64,000 nt of DNA from Spirochaetaceae bacterium. GTDB lineage: Bacteria; Spirochaetota; Spirochaetia; DSM-27196; SLAA01. The stretch spans positions 541-64,540 of the forward strand of contig PUPD01000265.1 of NCBI GenBank assembly GCA_003552985.1, in the 5' to 3' direction. The notes below the pieces were generated by a model. It saw only the letters and a program-made list of their open reading frames with translations. It was not told where the DNA came from and did no database searches. Below, piece by piece: positions 8,470 to 15,285 of the stretch (the stretch's first letter is position 1; each line of letters opens with the position of its first letter). The position numbers and the translations under genes were made by a program.

Positions 8470-9555
8470 ATGGCACGAACGAAGACGGCGCTGTTCGCAC
8501 ATGCGGTGATGGCGCTTTCGGCGCTGACTCTCGTGGCGATATTTGCGTGGGGAATCGCTTCCGGCGCCTTGTCGGCCGACGCAATCGACCGTGGGGCCGG
8601 CGGTCGCGGTGAGTTGGTGCTTCAAGACGACCTGGAAGGCGGCGTTCTCGCGCTGCAGCCTGACGAGGCGGCGATCGGCGTTTTTGACCCGCTCTCCGGC
8701 GAACGCCGCGGACGCATTGAGGCGGACGGCGACCCGGGTGCGATGGTCCCGACCCCGGGCGGCGTATCGGTGTTCGTAACGCGCGACGGCTCGGCGGATC
8801 TGCGCGTGTACAGTACCACCAATTATGAGCATGAGACCACGGTCACGCTCGAGAGCGAACGACTGAGCGAGGATCGCCGCCCTGAGCATCTGCTGTTCTC
8901 CGAGAACGGCGATACGCTGTTTGTCACCTGGAAGGAGTCTCCGGTCGTCTCGGTGTACGCGCACGAGATGCTCGAGCTGGAGCTGCGGACCGAGTTCGAG
9001 ATCGCCGACTCGTTCGGACCGGTGTATCGCAACCGCCGCGCTACGCGGCTATATCGGAAGACTCCTGACGGGTTGGCGGTGGTCTATGCGCGCAACGGTG
9101 ACCACATCGAGACCGTGGAGGCGGGCGCTGAACACTGGCGCTTCAATCCGAGCTACACGCACATTTGGGGCACTGACAGCGACGGCGGGCTGTGGGTCGT
9201 GGACGAACGCTCGACTGAAGCGCGGCGCCTGGATGCGCCGCCGGTGGCCGACGTGCCCCCGGTCCTGCCGAGCGACAGCGACACCGCGCTCGTGCTGACG
9301 GCCGACCGCGAGGCGGTGCTGGCGTTCGATGCGCGCAGCGGCCGGGCGCTCGGCACCATCGAGTTACCCACACCGGCGGCGCACCTCGCGGAGTCCGGCG
9401 CCGGAACCGTCTGGGCCGTGGCCGAGACCGGTGAGGTCACCGCAATCGATCCGGTCGGGCTTCAGGTACACGAGCGGCTCACGCTCGAGGGCGGCGCACC
9501 CACCGCGGTCAGCGCTTCGATCGTGCAGCGCGACGGTAACTTCGCGTGCTTCTGA
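8470..9555 (+). CDS. exported hypothetical protein with beta-propeller-like repeats
   Basis: N-terminal signal/anchor (ALFAHAVMALSALTLVAIFAWGIASGALSADA). Then reiterated strand-turn motifs (DGSADLRVY, NGDTLFVTW, DGLAVVYA, DGGLWVVD, ALVLTADREAVLAFD, GTVWAVAETGEVTAID) reminiscent of YVTN/lactonase-type propellers. No family could be named with certainty. Confidence 0.6.
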   Translation: MARTKTALFAHAVMALSALTLVAIFAWGIASGALSADAIDRGAGGRGELVLQDDLEGGVLALQPDEAAIGVFDPLSGERRGRIEADGDPGAMVPTPGGVSVFVTRDGSADLRVYSTTNYEHETTVTLESERLSEDRRPEHLLFSENGDTLFVTWKESPVVSVYAHEMLELELRTEFEIADSFGPVYRNRRATRLYRKTPDGLAVVYARNGDHIETVEAGAEHWRFNPSYTHIWGTDSDGGLWVVDERSTEARRLDAPPVADVPPVLPSDSDTALVLTADREAVLAFDARSGRALGTIELPTPAAHLAESGAGTVWAVAETGEVTAIDPVGLQVHERLTLEGGAPTAVSASIVQRDGNFACF

Positions 9556-9594
9556 GCCGCCGCCGGAAGGCGTGCAGGACAAGGGAGGATTTGG

Positions 9595-10662
9595 GTGATG
9601 TTTGTTATCGGAGGCATAGCACTCGGACTGCTGCTCGGCTTTTCGCTGCAGCGCGGGGGCTACTGCATGAACACTGCGTTTCGAAGCTTTTTCTACGAGA
9701 AGGACCGCAGCCTGGTACGGGCCTGGGTGCTGGTGCTGTTGATCAACGTGATCGGCGTGCAGCTGCTGACCGAGCTCGGCGTGCTTTATCCGTTGGTTGC
9801 GCCGTTCTTCTGGCCGGCGATGATCGCCGGCGGGTTCATCTTCGGCGTGGGGATGGTTCTGGCCGGCGGATGCGCGAGCGGGACCTACTATCGCTGCGGC
9901 CGAGGGATGCTCGGCTCGATGGGCGCGCTGCTCGGCTTCGTGCTCGGCACGGCCCTGGTTGACGGCGGAGCGCTCACCTGGTTGCAGCAGAGTATGCGAC
10001 AGCCGACGCTCGATGTCCGTGGACAGGAGGCGACGCTGTTCAACGTCCTCGGGATCGAAACGGCGGGCCTGCGCTGGGTCCTGCTCGGGGTTCTGGCGGC
10101 GGCGGCGATGGTCTGGCTGCTGCGCGCGCCCAAGCAGCGCTTTCTGATCGGGTGGGGCTGGCAGCGGACCGGCCTGGTGGTCGGGGTGCTGGCGCTTGCG
10201 GCCTGGGTGCTTTCGGCGATGGCCGGGCGCGATTTCGGACTGTCGTTCACGCAGCCCACCGTTGCGCTCACCCGCTACGTGCTCGCCGGTGACGACTCGG
10301 GAATCAGCGTAGCGTCATACATGGTGATCGGCGTCCCTGCCGGTGCACTGCTGGCTGCTAAGGCTACCGGGGAGGCGGTGCTGCGAATACCCGACCCGCG
10401 GACGCTGCTGCGACAGTCCGGGGGAGGAGTAACCATGGGAGTCGGAGCCTCGCTCGCCGGCGGCTGCAATATCGGTCACAGCATAACCGGCATCTCGACT
10501 CTGAGCATCGGCGCAATCGTGGCGACGATCTTCATCATGCTGGGTTCGTGGACGATGACCTGGCTGATCGTGCGCAGCGAATCACGCAACGCGCAGCGCG
10601 CGCAGAAGCAGAAGCAGAAGCAACAACAGCAGCAATCACGTGCTAAGGAGGCATTCGTATGA
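9595..10662 (+). CDS. yeeE: YeeE/YedE family sulfur-compound (thiosulfate) permease
   Basis: Polytopic membrane protein with the three signature cysteines in glycine-rich re-entrant contexts (QRGGYCMNTAF, LAGGCASGTYYRCG, LAGGCNIGHS). K/Q low-complexity tail. AGGGAGGA RBS. The start is GTG 9595 or ATG 9598. Confidence 0.88.
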   Translation: MMFVIGGIALGLLLGFSLQRGGYCMNTAFRSFFYEKDRSLVRAWVLVLLINVIGVQLLTELGVLYPLVAPFFWPAMIAGGFIFGVGMVLAGGCASGTYYRCGRGMLGSMGALLGFVLGTALVDGGALTWLQQSMRQPTLDVRGQEATLFNVLGIETAGLRWVLLGVLAAAAMVWLLRAPKQRFLIGWGWQRTGLVVGVLALAAWVLSAMAGRDFGLSFTQPTVALTRYVLAGDDSGISVASYMVIGVPAGALLAAKATGEAVLRIPDPRTLLRQSGGGVTMGVGASLAGGCNIGHSITGISTLSIGAIVATIFIMLGSWTMTWLIVRSESRNAQRAQKQKQKQQQQQSRAKEAFV

Positions 10663-11588
10663 GTAGCGATATTCGGCGCAAGCCGGTGACCATAGCGGCG
10701 GCGGTAATCGTCGTCATTGGGGCGGCCGTAGCGGTCGCTTACGGAGCCGGAGTGGTGGGCGGGCCGCAGATCACGCGCACCGTACCGGAAGAGATTCTGG
10801 TCGACCCCGAGTGGGTGGCGGAACGCGCGGACCAGGTGACGATCCTCGACTACAATGGGAATTTCGATCTCTTCGCTGAAGGCCATATTCCGGGTGCCGC
10901 ATTCGTGGCGCGTGAAGTGGTATGGGACACGGTCGACGGAATCGACGGCATGCTGCCCGACCCTGAGCTTGTAGCGGCGGATCTGGAAGAAGCAGGCGTC
11001 AGCAACGATCGACCGGTGGTGGTCTACGATCAAGGCAACGGTCTCTGGGCGAGCCGCCTGTTCTGGGCGCTCGAGTATCTTGGTCATGAGCAGGTTCATG
11101 TGCTCGACGGCGGCCTCAAGGCGTGGCAGGAGGCCGGCCACGAGGTTTCCATCGAGATCGCGACCCCTGAGCGCGGCAAGTTCGAGCTCAATCTGCGCCC
11201 TGAGCTGATCGCCGACAAGGAATACGTGCTCGACCAACTGGATAACGAGCAGCTTACGGTGTTGGATACGCGTTCGCCCGATGAGTTTGCCGGTACCGAT
11301 GTACGCGCCGAGCGCGGGGGACATATCCCCAACTCGCTAAACATCGACTGGGTCAACAACGTCGGTGAGGATGAACGGTTCAAGCCGATCGCGGAGCTCG
11401 CCGAGCTATATCAGGAAGTGATCGACGGAGAGCACGGCGGTGAGGCGGTCACGCTCTGCCAGACCGGAGTGCGTGGCGCGCATACCTATCTCGTGCTGCG
11501 GGTGCTCGGCGAGGAGCAGGTCAGGGTCTACGACGGCTCATGGGCCGAATGGGGAAACGATCCCGAGGCTCCGGTGGAGTCTCTATAA
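10659..11588 (+). CDS. membrane-anchored tandem-rhodanese thiosulfate/3-mercaptopyruvate sulfurtransferase-like protein
   Basis: ATGA overlap with yeeE, and an AAGGAGG RBS. N-terminal basic stretch plus one TM helix (RRKPVTIAAAVIVVIGAAVAVAY). Two rhodanese domains, the second carrying the active-site loop CQTGVRGAH. Confidence 0.88.
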   Translation: MSSDIRRKPVTIAAAVIVVIGAAVAVAYGAGVVGGPQITRTVPEEILVDPEWVAERADQVTILDYNGNFDLFAEGHIPGAAFVAREVVWDTVDGIDGMLPDPELVAADLEEAGVSNDRPVVVYDQGNGLWASRLFWALEYLGHEQVHVLDGGLKAWQEAGHEVSIEIATPERGKFELNLRPELIADKEYVLDQLDNEQLTVLDTRSPDEFAGTDVRAERGGHIPNSLNIDWVNNVGEDERFKPIAELAELYQEVIDGEHGGEAVTLCQTGVRGAHTYLVLRVLGEEQVRVYDGSWAEWGNDPEAPVESL

Positions 11589-11607
11589 CTCTAAAGGAGT
11601 AAACGCT

Positions 11608-11856
11608 ATGGCGGGAAAAAACACGGTAGATAAGAGTCTGGACCTCAAGAATGAGGTATGCCCGTACACCTTCGTAAAGAGCAAGCTGGCGCTGGAAGAG
11701 CTCGATCCGGGCCAGGTGCTCGAGGTACACCTGGGAAACAGTGAGTCGGCCTCAAACGTGCCGCGATCAATAGACCTCGAAGGGCACGAGGTGCTGAGTG
11801 TCGATCGGCCCGAGACGAGCCACTGGGTCGTGACGGTACGTCGCTCGCAGCAGTGA
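11608..11856 (+). CDS. TusA/SirA/YeeD-family sulfur-carrier protein
   Basis: 82 aa, starting at the internal ATG 8 nt after AAAGGAG. LDLKNEVCPYTFVKSKLALEEL...VLEVHLGN... matches the TusA fold pattern. The Cys motif is CPYT rather than the canonical CPxP. Confidence 0.8.
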   Translation: MAGKNTVDKSLDLKNEVCPYTFVKSKLALEELDPGQVLEVHLGNSESASNVPRSIDLEGHEVLSVDRPETSHWVVTVRRSQQ

Positions 11857-11884
11857 GATAACCTAAGAACAAAGGAGGCACGGC

Positions 11885-12097
11885 ATGAAGCTTACTATTA
11901 ACGGGAAACCGGAAGACATCGCCGGTGAGAACTTGTCGGTCGTTGAGCTTCTGAAGGTCAAGGACGTCGAGATGCCGGACATGGTGTCGGTGCAGCTCAA
12001 CGGGGAGATCCTCGAGCGCTCAGCGTTCGAGACGACGACCGTAAAGGATGATGACGAGGTGGAGTTTCTCTACTTCATGGGTGGTGGCTCGTTATGA
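11885..12097 (+). CDS. ThiS/MoaD-like ubiquitin-fold sulfur-carrier protein with C-terminal extension (..MGGG-SL)
   Basis: 70 aa. MKLTINGK...VQLNGEIL.R..F..T.V.D.DEVEFLYFMGGGSL. AAAGGAGG RBS. The Gly-Gly is followed by two extra residues. Confidence 0.85.
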   Translation: MKLTINGKPEDIAGENLSVVELLKVKDVEMPDMVSVQLNGEILERSAFETTTVKDDDEVEFLYFMGGGSL

Positions 12098-12501
12098 TTG
12101 CGCTCTCGCAGGATATATTGGCTGAGATTGCTGCCCAGGCCGAGAGCGAGGCACCCAACGAGGCATGCGGATACCTCGCCGGACGGGATGGGGTCGCCCT
12201 CGAGCGCTACCCCATGACGAACGCGGACGCCAGCCCGGAGCATTTCTCGTTTGAGCCGCGCGAGCAGTTTGTCGCGCTCAAGCGTGCGCGGGAGGCGGGG
12301 TTCGAGCTGATTGCGGTTTATCACAGCCATCCGGCTACCCCGGCGCGCATGTCGGACGAAGACGTTCGGCTGGCGAACGATCCCGACACGATCTATCTCA
12401 TCTACTCGACGCCCGAGGACCGAATTCGCGGCTTCACCGTAACACGCGACAAGCGGGTGCTTGAGTGCCAGGTGCAGGTGACCGCCGAGACGCCGCGCTG
12501 A
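12094..12501 (+). CDS. JAMM/MPN+ metallopeptidase (prokaryotic JAB, Mec+/QbsD/HcyD-like)
   Basis: ATGA overlap with the ThiS-like gene. EACGYL (catalytic Glu) and YHSHPATPARMSDED (HxH...S..D zinc motif). Confidence 0.88.
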   Translation: MIALSQDILAEIAAQAESEAPNEACGYLAGRDGVALERYPMTNADASPEHFSFEPREQFVALKRAREAGFELIAVYHSHPATPARMSDEDVRLANDPDTIYLIYSTPEDRIRGFTVTRDKRVLECQVQVTAETPR

Positions 12502-12517
12502 GCGGCGGCGTCTCGGC
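12484..12517 (+). terminator. 13-bp perfect GC-rich hairpin at the operon end (no U-tract)
   Basis: GCCGAGACGCCGC (12484-12496) pairs with GCGGCGTCTCGGC (12505-12517). The 8-nt loop contains the JAMM stop codon. No T-run follows, so it may not be a classical intrinsic terminator. Confidence 0.4.
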
Positions 12518-12607
12518 CACAGCCTGCATTTCGCCGCCGGCTTTCCCTCGCCGCTCCCTTCGGCACCGCTTGCCAACTCAACGGCCTTAGAGTAGTTTCA
12601 AAACGAG

Positions 12608-13615
12608 ATGTCCGAACAGATCGTACCGACTCCCGAACCGCCGGGGTCCGGGCGAGTGCGGCGTGGCCGCCCGGGGCCGCGTGCGTCGAACGAAACGACC
12701 GCCGGGATGGCGTTTGCGGTTATCGCGTTCGTGACCTGGGGCTTGCTGCCGCTGTACTGGAATCTTCTGCGTGATGTCCCGGCGTTCGAGCTTCTGCAAC
12801 ACCGGATTCTCTGGTCGTTCGTGCTGGCCTGGGTGTTGGTGCGCCTCGACCGCAAACCGGCGAAGGCGCCGCGCGGCAAACGCCGCTATCTGCTGATCGC
12901 AGCCCTGCTCCTGGGCGCAAACTGGTTCACCTACGTCTTTGCGATCACGATCGGACGGGTAGTCGACGCAAGCCTCGGATACTACATCAATCCGCTGGTG
13001 AGCGTATTTCTGGGGATGGTCTTTTTTCAGGAACGCCTCACGCGGCTGCAATGGGTGGCGCTCGGATTCGCTGCCGTTGGTGTTCTGTACCTGACCCTGG
13101 AGTATGGCGCGGTACCGTGGGTGAGCCTGATCCTGGCGTTTACCTTTGGATTCTACGGGGTGATCAAGAAATCGCTTCCCGGCCTCCCGGCAACGCACGG
13201 CATGGCGCTCGAGCTGCGCTATATTGTACCGCTTGCGTTCGTTCTGATGGTCTACGGCCAGGTGAGCGGGGAGGCCGCGTTTCTGCAGAGCTCGGCCGGA
13301 ACATCGTTGCTGCTCGCCGCGGCCGGGATTGCGACGCTGATCCCGCTTTTGTTCTTCGCCGGGGCCGCCAAGCGGATCCCGCTCGCGAATGTCGGGTTTC
13401 TGCAGTATATCGCCCCTACCCTGATGCTCATAATCGGCGTGGTAGTTCTCGGCGAGCCGTTCACGCTGCGGCGGCTGCCGGGCTTCGCCGCGGTCTGGAT
13501 TGCGCTCGTGCTGTACTCCTACTCACGCCTGCCGGCGGCGGCCGGCAGGGCTGCCGGCCCGGTCACCTTCCGGGGCCCGGTCGGCGACCACCCGCCGTCG
13601 CGGGGCGAGGGCTGA
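12608..13615 (+). CDS. rarD: RarD (EamA/DMT superfamily) membrane protein
   Basis: WGLLPLYWNLL..VPAFELLQHRILWSF, GANWFTYVFAI, ASLGYYINPLVSVFLGMVFFQERL and QYIAPTL closely follow the RarD pattern. The true start may be the internal Met (MAFAVIAF). Confidence 0.85.
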   Translation: MSEQIVPTPEPPGSGRVRRGRPGPRASNETTAGMAFAVIAFVTWGLLPLYWNLLRDVPAFELLQHRILWSFVLAWVLVRLDRKPAKAPRGKRRYLLIAALLLGANWFTYVFAITIGRVVDASLGYYINPLVSVFLGMVFFQERLTRLQWVALGFAAVGVLYLTLEYGAVPWVSLILAFTFGFYGVIKKSLPGLPATHGMALELRYIVPLAFVLMVYGQVSGEAAFLQSSAGTSLLLAAAGIATLIPLLFFAGAAKRIPLANVGFLQYIAPTLMLIIGVVVLGEPFTLRRLPGFAAVWIALVLYSYSRLPAAAGRAAGPVTFRGPVGDHPPSRGEG

Positions 13616-13629
13616 AAACGGGGGCGGCG

Positions 13630-14358
13630 ATGCCGAGCGTTCAGGTTCGTGTTTTTCAGGAGCTCAACGATCATCTGCCACCGGCGCGCCGCGGGCGGTT
13701 GATCGAGGTGGATGCTGCGCCGGGAGAGACGGTGAAATCAATCGTCGAAAACCTCGGTGTCCCGCATACCGAGATCGACCTCATCACCGTGGAGGGCGAA
13801 TCGGTGCCGCTGTCGCATCAGCCGCGCGACGGGGTGCGTATCAACGTCTATCCGATGTTCGAACGCTTCGATATCTCGGGCCTGACGCGGGTGCGGCGCG
13901 AACCCTTGCGTCAACCGCGATTCGAGCTCGACGTGCACCTCGGCAAGCTTGCGCGCCTGTTGCGGATGTGCGGCCTGGACGCCGAGTATAGACCGCCGTT
14001 CGAGGACGGCGAGCTGATCGATCGCGCCCTCGCCGAGCACCGCATCCTCCTGAGCCGCGATCGCGAGCTCTTCAAGCACCGCAGAGTCACGCACGGGTAC
14101 TGGCTCCGATCGCAGGATCCCCGGCAGCAGCTCGAGGAGGTGATTGACCGCCTTGACCTGCGCCGGCACCTGCACGTCTTTACGCGCTGCATGAGTTGCA
14201 ACGGTGAGCTCGAACCGGTGGAGAAGTCAGAGATAACGAACCGCCTGCTGCCGCGCACCGCGGAGCATTACGACGATTTCAAACGGTGTACCCGCTGTGA
14301 TAAACTCTACTGGAAGGGTAGCCATTACCAGCGGATGCGCGCGCGCCTGCCGATTTGA
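13630..14358 (+). CDS. Mut7-C family RNase (PIN-like) with N-terminal ubiquitin-like beta-grasp domain and C-terminal Zn-ribbon
   Basis: Trimmed to MPSVQVRVFQELNDHLP... The N-terminal ~80 aa match the 'Mut7-C ubiquitin' pattern. Next comes FELDVHLGKLARLLRMCGLD (Mut7-C PIN-like core), then CMSCNGEL ... CTRCDKLYWKGSH. The 193-codon upstream extension in the ORF track overlaps rarD and is rejected. Confidence 0.8.
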   Translation: MPSVQVRVFQELNDHLPPARRGRLIEVDAAPGETVKSIVENLGVPHTEIDLITVEGESVPLSHQPRDGVRINVYPMFERFDISGLTRVRREPLRQPRFELDVHLGKLARLLRMCGLDAEYRPPFEDGELIDRALAEHRILLSRDRELFKHRRVTHGYWLRSQDPRQQLEEVIDRLDLRRHLHVFTRCMSCNGELEPVEKSEITNRLLPRTAEHYDDFKRCTRCDKLYWKGSHYQRMRARLPI

Positions 14359-14418
14359 CCGCCGGAGCCGCGACCGCTATCTTCAGAACGACAGATTGCC
14401 GACAAAAGGCGGAACAGG

Positions 14419-15285
14419 ATGCGATTGATTGGAGCGCATGTATCCGCCGCCGGCGGACCGCACAAGGCGGTCGAACGCGCGGCGGCGATTGGGTGTAACT
14501 GCGTACAGGTCTTTTCGGGTAGCCCGCGCTCGTGGCGGCGCAAGCCCATCGAGGAGCTCGATATCGACAAGCTGACACGCGCGCGTGAACAGCATGAGGT
14601 CAGCCCGGTGGTGACGCACGCGCTGTACCTCATCAATCTGGCATCCGAGAACCAGGACCTGATCGAGAACTCGATGCAGGCGCTCAGTTACGATCTGGCG
14701 TTCGACGCTGCAATCGGGGGTGCCGGGGTGGTGGTGCATCTCGGAAGCCATCAGGGCCGCGGTTGGGACGCAGTACAGGAAGCGGTGCTGCGCCGGGTGG
14801 CGTCGCTCGTCGAGCAGGCGCCGGCGGAGGCTACCTTCCTGATCGAGAACTCTGCCGGCCAGCAGGGGAAGCTCTCAACCGAGCTGGCCGAGATTCGCTG
14901 GATGCTCGATACGCTGGCCTCACCTCAGGTGGGCTGGTGCTTTGATACCTGCCATGCCTTCGCGGCGGGGTATGCACTCGGCAAACCGAACGGCAAGACC
15001 GACGAGGGCCGCGGCTACGTGGTCGACGAGATAGACCGGCTCGGGCTCTGGGACGAGCTGCGCTGCGTGCATGTCAACGACAGCCGTGATCCGTTCGCGA
15101 GCGGTCGCGATCGGCATGCCAATATCGGCGACGGGCTGATTCCGGCGCAGGATCTCGCGTACTTTCTGAATCTGCCGCAGATCGAGAATCTGCCGCTGAT
15201 CCTTGAAGTACCGGGTATCGATGACGACGGGCCGGACGCCGAGAACGTTCGCCGGCTGAGAGCGCACGTTGAGGACGGTGAATAG
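14419..15285 (+). CDS. nfo: endonuclease IV (deoxyribonuclease IV)
   Basis: MRLIGAHVSAAGG...CVQVFSGSPRSW..., HALYLINLAS, VVVHLGSH, LIENSAGQ, CFDTCHAFAAGY and HVNDS are all Nfo TIM-barrel motifs. Confidence 0.92.
   Translation: MRLIGAHVSAAGGPHKAVERAAAIGCNCVQVFSGSPRSWRRKPIEELDIDKLTRAREQHEVSPVVTHALYLINLASENQDLIENSMQALSYDLAFDAAIGGAGVVVHLGSHQGRGWDAVQEAVLRRVASLVEQAPAEATFLIENSAGQQGKLSTELAEIRWMLDTLASPQVGWCFDTCHAFAAGYALGKPNGKTDEGRGYVVDEIDRLGLWDELRCVHVNDSRDPFASGRDRHANIGDGLIPAQDLAYFLNLPQIENLPLILEVPGIDDDGPDAENVRRLRAHVEDGE

Noticed and set aside
7543-8964. 473-aa minus-strand ORF antisense to the ThiF/MoeB-like and propeller-like genes
   Set aside because: This is a shadow ORF typical of high-GC DNA. 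It is R/G/A/P-rich, has no recognisable domain and no RBS, and is fully overlapped by two plus-strand genes with clear family motifs.
10603-10635. cagaag/caacag trinucleotide-like repeat, considered as a microsatellite or a CRISPR-like repeat
   Set aside because: It is in frame and encodes the K/Q-rich C-terminal tail of YeeE (KQKQKQQQQQ). It has no spacer-repeat structure.
7603-12501. Interpretation of the E1 / Ub-like / JAMM genes as a Bil-type or other ubiquitin-like antiphage conjugation system
   Set aside because: No E2-like (UBC) gene and no effector is present. The E1 is a compact MoeB/ThiF type. The operon is packed with sulfur-trafficking genes (YeeE, rhodanese, TusA). A sulfur-carrier role is far better supported.
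13051-13629. Long in-frame N-terminal extensions offered by the ORF track: 13051 for Mut7-C, 24215 for the aminopeptidase, 53342 for yjbQ, 36909 for rhomboid, 61060 for the first radical SAM, 11440 for TusA, 39780 for the PhnD-like gene
   Set aside because: Each extension overlaps a neighbouring, well-supported gene and is compositionally junk. In each case an internal start gives the family-typical N-terminus. Several of these internal starts are preceded by an RBS or form an ATGA overlap.
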